Position numbers and translations under genes: made by a program. From contig CAZWDO010000025.1 in assembly GCA_964632485.1 (NCBI GenBank), forward strand, positions 1-51,033: a DNA stretch of 51,033 nt, read 5' to 3'. The notes beneath the pieces were generated by a model that was given only the letters and a program-made list of their open reading frames with translations, was not told the DNA's origin and made no database searches. This document shows, piece after piece, positions 30,271-40,304 of this stretch; position 1 is the stretch's first letter; every line of letters starts with the position of its first letter. The stretch comes from an uncultured bacterium (GTDB lineage: Bacteria > JAGOEH01).

Positions 30271-33072
30271 ATGTTCATGAAGAGTTGCGTTTTAATAATC
30301 GGATTACTGTTATCTTCAATATTGTCAGCCTGGGAACTGGATACGACGCTGGTTATGCAAACCGGCCCCGGGGTCTGGTATTATGAGGTTGAGGAACCCA
30401 ATATCCCATGGAAAATAAAATTCCTTAAAATCGATTTGCGCGATTCTTTGACAAATGTAGAAACTGCCCTTTCGCGCGATCGAATTCCCGACGGCGCGCG
30501 CGAGACTACCAGCTCAATGGCGCGCCGCATTGACCGTCCCGGTCATAAGGTCGTGGGCGGCATTAACGGCGATTTCTTTAGTTATACTCCGGGTATGTCG
30601 ATCGGATTGCAGGTCGCTAAAGGCGAAATCATCAAATCCCACGGCGGATCCCACGGCATGAGCTTCGATTGGAATAACCGGCCAGTGATGAATAAACCCT
30701 ATTACTCGGGAACAATCACCTGTAACGGGCAAGCCGGAACCCTCAATGGCGTCAATGTCCTGCGCGACGACATTGTACGCTGGTTTCCCGATTTAGTGGA
30801 TAACCGCATGATTATCTACAATCATTTTAATAAATACAATAAAAATACCATTGATAATGAAGTGGAAATCGTCGCGTTGCCGCTAACCGCCTGGACCGTT
30901 AATGGCGACCCGGTCCCATGCCTGGCGCTCGACAAAGGGACGGGGCAGAACTTCCCCGTCACGGATAGTACGATTGTGATCGCCGGAATCGGCTCCGGAG
31001 CGAACTACCTTTCATCAGCAGTGATGCCGGGCGATACGCTCTATGTTCGAAACCGAATTTATGACGGTTATACCGGGATTTACGAACAGGATGATATCAA
31101 GGAGTTGATTGGCGGGTATCCCCGGTTTATTATCGATGGCGAAGATTATGTGGAACAAGGATGGGCGGAAATGGGCGGTTCTTCGGCCATTCATAAGAAT
31201 ACGCGCGAACCATCCACGGCCATGGGATTTTCGGCTGACAGCAATTTCTTATATTTAGTAACCTGCGATGGACGCCAGACCGCCAGCGTCGGAATGACCA
31301 TGCATGAACTGGCCGAATTTATGATCATGCTGGGCGCGCATTTTGCCCAAAATATGGATAGCGGCGGTTCCACCACCATTGTCGTCGGTGATTCGGTGAT
31401 GAATTACCCTTCGGACGGACCCGGAGTGGAACGGATTGTAGTGAATGCTTTTTTCGCCGTTTCCATTGCCCCGGAAACCGGATTGGATAAGGTCAGTATC
31501 TGGCCGAAACAAAGATGGATCCATGCCGATGATACCCTTCAATTGAAAGTGTTCGGCAATGAATCATCCCACCATTTTATTCCGTTAGATTTTGCTCAAT
31601 GCAATTTCAGTTGCCCCCCGGAACTCGGCGCTGTTGATGCCTCCGGTAAGCTGATCGGCAGCGGACAAGCTGCCTCCGACTATGTCGTGTTGGATTATAA
31701 CGGATATCGTGATTCCTGCTATATCCAGAGCTGGATAGTCGATTCCATTCAACTTTATCCTGAAAACACTCACGTCTTTCGCGATAGCAAACTAACGCTC
31801 TCCGCTTTTGGTTTTGGAATCAGCGGGGATTCCGTGGCTTTACCTGCTGGGGATTTAACCTTTAGCGCGCGAGGCGGTTTTGGTACGGTGGATGCCAATG
31901 GGGTCTTCACGGCGGGCGCTGAACCCGATAGCGGTTGGGTGGCTATTCAATATGGCTCCCTGAGCGATTCGGTTTTTTTAACGGTTACCTCCATCGGTCA
32001 AATTCAACTGCGCTTTGATCATATTGTTACTGACACTATCACTTCTGTATTATTTCGTTTTGATACGTTCGACACCGATTCTATCGCGCGGACCCTCAAT
32101 GCTGATCAATTCACCTGGACCAGTAGCCAACCGGCTGTTGGCGTCATCTCCACAAACGGGAATTTTACAGGATTGAGTGAAGGCCTTACCGAAATTGTGG
32201 TTTCCATGGCCGGAGCCGCCGATACTGCGTGGGTTACCGTTGAAGTCGGGGAGGGAATTGTTCAACTCGATAATTTTGATACGGACACTACCTGGAATTA
32301 TCTTCCTGAAAATCTGACAGTATTGAACCACGCGCTGGTTTCGGATAGTATCGCCGAAGGAACAGGCGCCGTAAAACTGGACTATCAGTTCACCTATCAA
32401 ACCGGCAATACTTATTCAATTTATCTTGAAAGCGATTTCCCGATTTATGGCGTTCCCGATTCGATTTTTATTGACGGCAAATCGGATGGGCAGCAGCATC
32501 GAATCTATTACTATGTTTCGGATGACAATGATGAATGGTTTGAACTGAATAAAACCGATCGATTTGAAAATACTCAATATACCCCTATCAAAACCAATGC
32601 CGGTTCCCGCAAAACGGTTGAATCCGGCAGTGTCTTCAATTTTCCTGTCCGATTGCGCCAGATACGGATTCGCTTAGCGTGTTCAAATATTGCCAACCAG
32701 ATTTACAGTGGAACATTATATCTCGATAATCTGCGCGTATCCTATCCGAAACGCATACCTGCCGCCATTTTGACCGGAAGGAATTTTGATTTGCCCGATC
32801 TGGATTGGCAGGGACTTTATCCCAATCCCTTCAATGACCAGGTACGGTTGAGCTATACGTTGCGGCGGGCGGGCCATGTGCGGATTGAAGTGTTCAACCT
32901 GATAGGGGAGAAGATTTGCGCGCTGTTGGATGAACGGCAACCCGTCGGCGCTTATCAGTACGAGTGGCAGGGATGCGATGGCGCGAATCAGCGCGTGGCC
33001 GGCGGCGTTTACTTTGTGGTTTTAAGTACTGAAAATGGAAGTTTGATTAAAAAAGTCGTGTATTTGAAATAG
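30271..33072 (+). CDS. Secreted phosphodiester glycosidase (NAGPA/DUF2233) family protein with Ig-like repeats and T9SS/FlgD-like C-terminal domain
   Basis: Signal peptide; GINGDFF, REPSTAMG, CDGRQ, NMDSGGST, NYPSD..ERIVVN; WTSS Ig-like repeat; YPNPFN...KKVVYLK tail. Confidence 0.85.
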   Translation: MFMKSCVLIIGLLLSSILSAWELDTTLVMQTGPGVWYYEVEEPNIPWKIKFLKIDLRDSLTNVETALSRDRIPDGARETTSSMARRIDRPGHKVVGGINGDFFSYTPGMSIGLQVAKGEIIKSHGGSHGMSFDWNNRPVMNKPYYSGTITCNGQAGTLNGVNVLRDDIVRWFPDLVDNRMIIYNHFNKYNKNTIDNEVEIVALPLTAWTVNGDPVPCLALDKGTGQNFPVTDSTIVIAGIGSGANYLSSAVMPGDTLYVRNRIYDGYTGIYEQDDIKELIGGYPRFIIDGEDYVEQGWAEMGGSSAIHKNTREPSTAMGFSADSNFLYLVTCDGRQTASVGMTMHELAEFMIMLGAHFAQNMDSGGSTTIVVGDSVMNYPSDGPGVERIVVNAFFAVSIAPETGLDKVSIWPKQRWIHADDTLQLKVFGNESSHHFIPLDFAQCNFSCPPELGAVDASGKLIGSGQAASDYVVLDYNGYRDSCYIQSWIVDSIQLYPENTHVFRDSKLTLSAFGFGISGDSVALPAGDLTFSARGGFGTVDANGVFTAGAEPDSGWVAIQYGSLSDSVFLTVTSIGQIQLRFDHIVTDTITSVLFRFDTFDTDSIARTLNADQFTWTSSQPAVGVISTNGNFTGLSEGLTEIVVSMAGAADTAWVTVEVGEGIVQLDNFDTDTTWNYLPENLTVLNHALVSDSIAEGTGAVKLDYQFTYQTGNTYSIYLESDFPIYGVPDSIFIDGKSDGQQHRIYYYVSDDNDEWFELNKTDRFENTQYTPIKTNAGSRKTVESGSVFNFPVRLRQIRIRLACSNIANQIYSGTLYLDNLRVSYPKRIPAAILTGRNFDLPDLDWQGLYPNPFNDQVRLSYTLRRAGHVRIEVFNLIGEKICALLDERQPVGAYQYEWQGCDGANQRVAGGVYFVVLSTENGSLIKKVVYLK

Positions 33073-33291
33073 TTTTAATAGTCAGAGTAAAACGGTGTCC
33101 ACGGCTTTGCTACGGCATTGGTGTTTTAAACTTATTGTGAATGTGTATGTTACCGGAACTGCGCCGAAAGAGCAATTCTATAGTTTGTTCGTTAAAAAAT
33201 AGGTTTCAGTCCAGTTGATAGTAGATACGGAAATAGAAAGTGTCATCAATTCCGGAATCCGGAGAGACGACTCTGATTTTAAGAAAGGAAC

Positions 33292-35238
33292 GTGATGGAA
33301 ATATTTTGGGCGCGGGTCGCAGCGGCATCGCCCCGTGTAACAGTGGCCGCCGTTGATAAGAATGTTGATGAATTAGTGAAAATGGCCTGTAACGTGTATG
33401 CGCAAGGCGCGCAATGGCTGGTTTTCCCAGAGCTGTGTTTGACGGGTTATACCTGCGGCGATCTTTTTTTGCAGGAGGAATTGCTCCAGGCTGCCTGGCA
33501 GGGCCTGTTAAAATATGTTCAAGCTAGTACAGAATTTCCCAACATGGTTACCGCGCTGGGCTTGCCGGTCCAGTATTACGGTCCCGTTTACAACTGCGCG
33601 GCGGTATGTCAGAACGGCAAGTTGCTGGGCCTGGTACCCAAACAGTATTTACCCAATTATGGCGAGTTTTATGAAAAGCGCTGGTTTTCTTCGGGCAAGG
33701 ATTTCCGCGGAAAATATATTAACTATGAAGATGAGCAGATTCCGTTTGGCATTGATTTGGTCTTTCAGAGTGACCGCCATCGGGATTGGATGGTGGGTAT
33801 CGAGCTTTGCGAGGATTTATGGGCGCCGTTACCTCCCTCGGCCCAACTGGGTTTAGCCGGAGCGCTGATGATTGCCAATCTATCTGCCAGCAACGAAGTC
33901 GTCGGCAAGGATGCCTATCGCCGGCAATTGGTTGCCCAACAATCAGGGCGTTGCCTGTGCGCCTATGTCTATGCGTCGGCGGGCGTGCACGAATCAACAA
34001 CCGACACGGTATTCAGCGGCCAGTGCCTGATTGCCGAAAATGGCGCGATTACGTCCGAGAATGAGCCTTTTCAGCGGGGAAATCAATGGATCATAAAAGA
34101 TGTGGTTTTAGAAGATATGCTTTATGACCGGCGGCGGCTGACGACCTGGCGCGACGCCTTGATCGATGTGCGCATGCCCTGCCGCTATATTCCCTTTCAC
34201 AGTGAATCCCTGCGAGCTCCCTTCAAACATCGGGTCGATCCCCATCCGTTTGTTCCCGGGAGCGATAAAGACCGCGAGCAACGCTGCCACGATATTTTTT
34301 CCATGCAAGCTACAGCATTGGCCAAACGTTTGGAACATATTCAGGTTCAACATGCCCTGTTGGGCATCTCGGGAGGACTTGATTCAACTCTGTCCCTGCT
34401 GGTGACTGTTAGGGCCTTTGAGCTTTTAAAATGGCCATTAAAACGTATTATCGGCGTGACGATGCCGGGATATGGCACCAGTGATCGTACCCTCCAAAAT
34501 TCGCTCAAGCTGATGAAAGCTCTGAAAATCACCCGTCTTGAGATACCCATTACTGCCGCTTGCGATCAACATTTTCAGGATATCGGCCATCCTGTGGACC
34601 AACACGATACAGTTTTTGAAAACGCCCAGGCGCGGGAACGGACCCAAATTTTGATGGATTTAGCCAATCAGCGCAACGGACTGGTCGTAGGCACCGGTGA
34701 TTTGTCGGAACTGGCCCTGGGTTGGTGCACGTATAGCGGCGACCAGATTTCTATGTATAATGTCAACTGTGGCGTACCTAAAACCCTGGTCCGGTACTTA
34801 GTGGACTGGGTGGCGCTTCATCATGCGTCCCGCGCCGCCCGCATGGCGCTGGAGGATATTTTAGACACCCCTATCAGTCCCGAGTTACTGCCGTTGAATG
34901 AAGCCGGGGAAATCAGCCAATCAACGGAAGCGATCATTGGCCCCTATGAACTGCATGATTTCTTTCTGTATTATATGCTGCGTTATGGCCGGAGACCCTA
35001 TAAGATTGCCTGGTTGGCAAACCAGGCGTTTGCCGGGAAATATGAACGGATTGAAATTTTAAACTGGCTGCGGGTTTTCTATGAACGTTTTTTCCGCCAT
35101 CAATTCAAACGCACTTGCATGCCCGACGGCCCCAAGATCGGCTCGGTCAGCCTCTCGCCGCGGGGCGACTGGCGCATGCCCAGTGATGCCGACGGCGACG
35201 AATGGCTGCGCCAGGTTGATGAAATGATCTCTGCATAA
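33292..35238 (+). CDS. nadE: Glutamine-dependent NAD+ synthetase
   Basis: Nitrilase domain FPELCLTGY, PKQYLPNYGEFYEKRWF, ELCEDLW; synthetase GISGGLDST, ENAQARER, GTGDLSE, QFKR, LSPRGDWRMPSD. Confidence 0.97.
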   Translation: MMEIFWARVAAASPRVTVAAVDKNVDELVKMACNVYAQGAQWLVFPELCLTGYTCGDLFLQEELLQAAWQGLLKYVQASTEFPNMVTALGLPVQYYGPVYNCAAVCQNGKLLGLVPKQYLPNYGEFYEKRWFSSGKDFRGKYINYEDEQIPFGIDLVFQSDRHRDWMVGIELCEDLWAPLPPSAQLGLAGALMIANLSASNEVVGKDAYRRQLVAQQSGRCLCAYVYASAGVHESTTDTVFSGQCLIAENGAITSENEPFQRGNQWIIKDVVLEDMLYDRRRLTTWRDALIDVRMPCRYIPFHSESLRAPFKHRVDPHPFVPGSDKDREQRCHDIFSMQATALAKRLEHIQVQHALLGISGGLDSTLSLLVTVRAFELLKWPLKRIIGVTMPGYGTSDRTLQNSLKLMKALKITRLEIPITAACDQHFQDIGHPVDQHDTVFENAQARERTQILMDLANQRNGLVVGTGDLSELALGWCTYSGDQISMYNVNCGVPKTLVRYLVDWVALHHASRAARMALEDILDTPISPELLPLNEAGEISQSTEAIIGPYELHDFFLYYMLRYGRRPYKIAWLANQAFAGKYERIEILNWLRVFYERFFRHQFKRTCMPDGPKIGSVSLSPRGDWRMPSDADGDEWLRQVDEMISA

Positions 35239-36542
35239 TGTTGAAAAAACTGATCGGCACATTTGGGCTGAGGATTATTTCTTCCATTTCTACCTTATTT
35301 TTATTAATTCTTGTAACACAGAATTTAGGAGCTAACGGCGCTGGCTCTGTGAGTTTGATAACCAGCGCGATTGCTATTATTATCCTATTAAACGGGTTTG
35401 TGGGTGGTTCAGCATTAGTGTATCTTCTTCCACGAAACAAGAACCGTAATTTTCTCCGGGCAACACTGATTATTACTTATACCTGGGCGATTTTAGTCAG
35501 CATTATTTCCACCATAGCCTTTACCTTTTTTCATTTTATTGATGGAGCCTGGGTTCAACATGTATTAATTCTTGCTTTTATCGGATCGCTTTCTACTTGT
35601 CAAGCCATGATTCTATTGGCTTTTGAATATGTGATGGCATGTAATATAACCTTGTTACTCCAGGTTTTTGTGAATTTTTTAATGTTTGGATTTGTCTGCC
35701 AGGTATGGGAAGGTGTAAATTTAACTCATTATCTGATAAGTATTTATTTGGCATACGGCTGCGCTTATGGTTTTTCCTGGATTTTTCTTGTCAGAATTTG
35801 GCGGGGTTTGAGTTGGAGCGATCATTCTAATTTTCGCTTAATTGTCCGTCAAATAACCGCTTATGGTTTTTTAAGCCAGGCTGGCACTACATTGCAATTT
35901 ATAAATTATCGGGTTGGCTTGTTTATTCTAAATTATTATCTGACCCGGGAAATGGTAGGTATTTACCATGTGGGTTTGCGTTTGACTGAAGCTGTATGGA
36001 TGGTCCCGGGAAGTATTGCCATTGTTTTGTACTCACGCATTGCTAATTTGGGAGATGGAAAGGAAGCAATCGATTTGACAATAAAATTAGCAAAATTTGG
36101 CCTTTTTATTGTTACCATGTTGATGGTAATATTGATTTTATTACCTCAGGCCGTTATTGTCGGTATTTTTGGCCGAGAGTTTCCTCAAGTTAAATTGGTA
36201 ATAATTGCGCTGGCGCCGGGAATTATCAGCCTGGGTTTTGCATCGATCCTTGCGCATTATTTTGCTGGAATCGGTCATTATGGAATTAATGTTCTCAGCA
36301 GTGTTATTGCTTTTTTCATTACTATTGTCGGAAATTTAATTTTTGTACCCTATTTTGGTATGCTAGCAGCGGCATGGGTTTCCGGTGTCGCTTATTTACT
36401 CCAAGCTATTTTTTTAACATTTATTTTTTTTAAAAATCAAAATGTCCATTGGCGGAACTTTTTGATTAATGAAATGGATATCAAATATTTTCGAGAATTA
36501 CTGTTTAAAATTACGCCCTTAGGGTTTAAAAAGCTGGGTTGA
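35238..36542 (+). CDS. Wzx-type polysaccharide flippase
   Basis: About 12 TMs; QFINYR, VGIYHVG..LTEAVW, IFGREF motifs; TAATG overlap with nadE. Confidence 0.82.
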   Translation: MLKKLIGTFGLRIISSISTLFLLILVTQNLGANGAGSVSLITSAIAIIILLNGFVGGSALVYLLPRNKNRNFLRATLIITYTWAILVSIISTIAFTFFHFIDGAWVQHVLILAFIGSLSTCQAMILLAFEYVMACNITLLLQVFVNFLMFGFVCQVWEGVNLTHYLISIYLAYGCAYGFSWIFLVRIWRGLSWSDHSNFRLIVRQITAYGFLSQAGTTLQFINYRVGLFILNYYLTREMVGIYHVGLRLTEAVWMVPGSIAIVLYSRIANLGDGKEAIDLTIKLAKFGLFIVTMLMVILILLPQAVIVGIFGREFPQVKLVIIALAPGIISLGFASILAHYFAGIGHYGINVLSSVIAFFITIVGNLIFVPYFGMLAAAWVSGVAYLLQAIFLTFIFFKNQNVHWRNFLINEMDIKYFRELLFKITPLGFKKLG

Positions 36543-36615
36543 TATTCCCCCCAAAATGATTTTCAATTTCTATATATAAGCTTTTTACTAACAGGCGATT
36601 TTTAAAAAAATTTGA

Positions 36616-36644
36616 TTGCTTTTTAATTTGAATTTTATTATAAT
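36616..36644 (+). promoter_or_regulatory. Putative sigma70 promoter
   Basis: TTGCTT, 17 nt, TATAAT; SD TAAGGAGG before ATG 36721. Confidence 0.6.
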
Positions 36645-36720
36645 AAATATCACTGGGTAAAACGTTTGAAAGTAAACCTGGTAACGTCAGAAGGTTTTTA
36701 TCGGATTTAGATAAGGAGGA

Positions 36721-37944
36721 ATGTTGAAATATTTTTTTTTAATGGCTTTTTCTGCTTGTTTGCTGATTGGAGTGAATTATGGTCAGACAAAGAGTGGAAA
36801 TGCCCTGGATCGTAATAACTTGAATTTGGGAAGTCAGGGATTAAATGATAATAGAGAAATAGCGCCATCATCGATAGTCCAGGCTACAACGACTTCATTG
36901 GAAATGGTTATTAATGCGGATGAATATAGGGTCTTCCCTGGTGATCAGTTCCGTCTTGAAATATCACGTTCCGTGGAGCCAATCATCCAACTGACAGTAA
37001 CGCCCGAAGGCTGGCTGGAAATCCCGCTTTTAAAAAAATGGCAGGTAGCGAATCGGTTGTTGAGCGATGTAAGAAAAGAGATCACGCAGGATATTGAGAC
37101 GTTGTTTCCACAATCAAAAGTTTCTTTGAATTTGACGCAATTAGCCAAGTACAAGGTTTTAGTAACCGGGATGGTGAAACGGCCCGGGTCCTACGAGATA
37201 CAAAACGGGATCCGAGTTTATCAGGTCATAGAGCAAGCTGGCGGTTTTTTACCGCAGGCGGATCTCTGGCAGGTGTCAATTCATCATATTAACGGCGCAA
37301 AAATGACGTATAATTTGAAGAATTTTTTAACGACCGGCAATAAACAGATGAATCCAATGCTGAGCCCGGGCGATCATATCCATGTGGATGTGGCATCCCT
37401 CGACAAGAAGCATATCATGGTGTTTTGCGATACGTTATTAAACGGATATTACTATTTGCAGGATTCGATTTCGGTTTGGAATTTTTTAGCTGAGAATAAT
37501 TTCCCCGTTCAGGACATTGATTTGAGAAATATTATTGTTATTCGAAATGGAAAGAGTTTTTCTGTAGATTTAAGTCTCGTGGGATGCGAAACATTTTTGC
37601 AAAATGGTGATTTGGTCAATCTAAGTATTATAAAACAATCGGTGTATGTGTCGGGAGAAGTCAAAAATCCCGGCGCGTTCGGTTACATCCCGGGTTCGCT
37701 GATGATTGATTATGTCGGCAAAGCCGGAGTATTGCCGACTTCAGCCGATCTAAGCCGCTGCTATATTATTGACGGCAAAACCGGAAATAAGAAATTGGTT
37801 GATTTTGATCAACTTATCTATCCGGGTGATCAGATTGTGGTTCCGAAAAGCAGAGGACAGCTTTGGCGGGAATATATCCAAACCTTTGCCGGTGTTGTAT
37901 CTCTGATTATGAGTGTTGTAAGTTTGTCTTTAGTAACGAAATAA
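36721..37944 (+). CDS. Polysaccharide export protein (Wza/KpsD-like, SLBB domains)
   Basis: YRVFPGD, VTPEG, VTGMVKRPGSY, VSGEVKNPG, PGDQIVVP. Confidence 0.85.
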   Translation: MLKYFFLMAFSACLLIGVNYGQTKSGNALDRNNLNLGSQGLNDNREIAPSSIVQATTTSLEMVINADEYRVFPGDQFRLEISRSVEPIIQLTVTPEGWLEIPLLKKWQVANRLLSDVRKEITQDIETLFPQSKVSLNLTQLAKYKVLVTGMVKRPGSYEIQNGIRVYQVIEQAGGFLPQADLWQVSIHHINGAKMTYNLKNFLTTGNKQMNPMLSPGDHIHVDVASLDKKHIMVFCDTLLNGYYYLQDSISVWNFLAENNFPVQDIDLRNIIVIRNGKSFSVDLSLVGCETFLQNGDLVNLSIIKQSVYVSGEVKNPGAFGYIPGSLMIDYVGKAGVLPTSADLSRCYIIDGKTGNKKLVDFDQLIYPGDQIVVPKSRGQLWREYIQTFAGVVSLIMSVVSLSLVTK

Positions 37945-37959
37945 AAGAAAAGGTTCAAT

Positions 37960-39057
37960 ATGGAATTGATGAAAATTTTATGGATAAACCGCAGGAAACT
38001 TCTGATTTTTAATAGTGTCATTTTTATTTTAGCCCTTACTTACAGTATTCTTTTACCTAAATGGTACAGAAGCAGCGCATTGATCCTGATTCAATCCGAA
38101 AAGAAAGATTTTAATCTAAGTACGGCACTTTCCCAAATGATGCCCTTTGGGATGGGCCTGGATATGAATCTGGAAGTGCAGAAATATATCGGCTTTTTAG
38201 AAAGCCGGACCATTGCCGATCAGGTTATTGATAAATTTGATTTGATCAAGGCATTTGATGTGGAATTTCGTGACGATGTGTATCGTGAGTTAGCCGCCAA
38301 TGTGCGTTTCATCGATAATGATAATGGAACGATAACCATCACCAGTATGTTTAAAAGCGATCCGCAGAAAGCAGCGGATATTGGTAACTATTATTTTGAA
38401 TTGTTGGAAAATTTATCGCTGGATATTTCTCAAAAACAGGCAAAATTATATCGGACGATGCTGGAAGAAAAATGTAATGAACGCCGGAATAATGTTGAGC
38501 GCATTCATCGGGAATTCGCCTCATTCAAAGTCAATACCGGCGTAGTCGACCTCTATGAACAAACGCGCTTGGCCGTAAATGCTGTTTCTGATCTGGAAAC
38601 GGAAAAAATGAAGCTGCAGTTTCAATTAGAATACTTAAACCGAACAGCTTCTGTGAATAATCCTCAAACCCTTCAACTTCGGGATCAAATTGAACTTTAT
38701 CAACAACAGATTAAGGAAATTAAAGATACAACGATTTACTCCAATGTCGCGCTGAATAAAATTCCCCAGCAAAGCATTGATTATTTCCGGTATAGTGTTG
38801 ATATTAATATAGAGAACCGGATTCTTGAATTTTTAACGTTGCAGTTGGAACAGGCGCGTCTGGATGAAACGAAAATTGTATCAAATTTATATCTGCTCGA
38901 TAAAGCCCAGCCCGCTGAACGTAAATTTAAACCCAAACGTTCGATGATCGTCATTACTTTTGTCTTTTTTAGTATCCTTTTTTCTTTTCTGTATTTTCGA
39001 TTGAAAAAAAACGTATTGGATTTTTTTTCAAAGATGAAACAATATGACCGCCTATGA
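37960..39057 (+). CDS. Wzz/Wzc-type polysaccharide co-polymerase without kinase domain
   Basis: TM-PKWYRS, LESRT, coiled coil, LDKAQPAERKFKPKR-TM; no Walker A tail. Confidence 0.85.
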   Translation: MELMKILWINRRKLLIFNSVIFILALTYSILLPKWYRSSALILIQSEKKDFNLSTALSQMMPFGMGLDMNLEVQKYIGFLESRTIADQVIDKFDLIKAFDVEFRDDVYRELAANVRFIDNDNGTITITSMFKSDPQKAADIGNYYFELLENLSLDISQKQAKLYRTMLEEKCNERRNNVERIHREFASFKVNTGVVDLYEQTRLAVNAVSDLETEKMKLQFQLEYLNRTASVNNPQTLQLRDQIELYQQQIKEIKDTTIYSNVALNKIPQQSIDYFRYSVDINIENRILEFLTLQLEQARLDETKIVSNLYLLDKAQPAERKFKPKRSMIVITFVFFSILFSFLYFRLKKNVLDFFSKMKQYDRL

Positions 39058-40304
39058 AATATAAATCTTTATATCTATTGTTCCCTATTATTATCTTTAT
39101 CACTGAATGGGCATTTATACTATATCTTCATTACTTCCAGAATCCCTATCAATTTATTGAACTATCAGCGGATGGTTCGTTTATCCTGTTAAGTGGGATT
39201 GGAGCTTTGGTGATTGGGTATTTTTTGATGGCGTATGCTTTACCCCAACACGATGAAGTAAATGTTATCCAAATCAATGCAAAAAAAACGGCTATTTTTG
39301 TTTTAGTCGTTTCAACCATTATTTGTTTGGCTATTATGATATCACTCCAGGCGTTATCCGAAGAATTGGGCGGTCTGGGAGGTTACTTCAAAAATCCGTT
39401 CAAGATGAGGGATAAAATTAATAAGTTTATGAGTTACAGTGTGGAACATGTTAATTTAAAATATACGCTCAGCAATTATGTCATTAGTTTTAATAACGTA
39501 TTAACAGTTATCGGCGGTTTTTTGTTTACTCAAAAAAGCCGCTGGAGATATGTTGGGATTTTTCCTCTGATTATCGGTATTGTTACCAGTCTGATCACTC
39601 TAAGTCGTTTTACCGCATTAACAATTATCGGATATTGGTTTTTGGCTTTTTTCCTGACAATATTCTTTTTCGATCACTCAACTGCTAATCGGTTGTTTAA
39701 AAGAGTTTTTCGGTATAGTGTTGTGATTTTTCTTGTTGTGTGGGGATTTTTCTTTTTGATTGTGCGAATTCGAACTTTTTATCTTAAGGATATTGGCGAT
39801 TATTTTGATAAATCATTAATAGCTTATTTTATCGGTCCTGTATCCGCTTTTGATGTATGGCTTTCTAAGAACCCGAAACTTTTATGGGGCGAATCGGGGT
39901 TTCGTTCAATTATTAAATGGCTGGGCCGGTTTGGATTGTGGGATCTTCAGGCTGTTAATGTTGCCAGTAATCCTTTTGTGCGTATTGGAGGTGGATTAGC
40001 GATTAATACCTATACTTTTGTCAAAACTCTTTATGAAGATTTTGGTATGCCGGGAGTACTGTTTATCAGCTTGATATGGGGAGGGATGATGCGCTGGTCT
40101 CTATATTTTTTACAAAGAAAATTTAACCTGTTCCGTCTCTTTCTGGTAATAATGCTGATTTTTTCTCTTCTGATGTCGTTTTACGCTTATTATTTTGAAG
40201 GACTCAGTTCATTTGTCCTGTATAGTTTGTATATTTATTTTTTTGATAGATTACTCAGACATTACCATTTTTATCAAGTCGAACCTGTTTCAAGGGAGCT
40301 TTAA
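39054..40304 (+). CDS. Wzy O-antigen/oligosaccharide repeat unit polymerase
   Basis: About 10 TMs; YFIGPVSAFD, NTYT...LYEDFG motifs. Confidence 0.78.
   Translation: MKYKSLYLLFPIIIFITEWAFILYLHYFQNPYQFIELSADGSFILLSGIGALVIGYFLMAYALPQHDEVNVIQINAKKTAIFVLVVSTIICLAIMISLQALSEELGGLGGYFKNPFKMRDKINKFMSYSVEHVNLKYTLSNYVISFNNVLTVIGGFLFTQKSRWRYVGIFPLIIGIVTSLITLSRFTALTIIGYWFLAFFLTIFFFDHSTANRLFKRVFRYSVVIFLVVWGFFFLIVRIRTFYLKDIGDYFDKSLIAYFIGPVSAFDVWLSKNPKLLWGESGFRSIIKWLGRFGLWDLQAVNVASNPFVRIGGGLAINTYTFVKTLYEDFGMPGVLFISLIWGGMMRWSLYFLQRKFNLFRLFLVIMLIFSLLMSFYAYYFEGLSSFVLYSLYIYFFDRLLRHYHFYQVEPVSREL

Noticed and set aside
33073-33291. Rex/NrtR site or NAD riboswitch before nadE
   Set aside because: Only a half-site-like TTGTGAA, no matching second arm or recognisable aptamer
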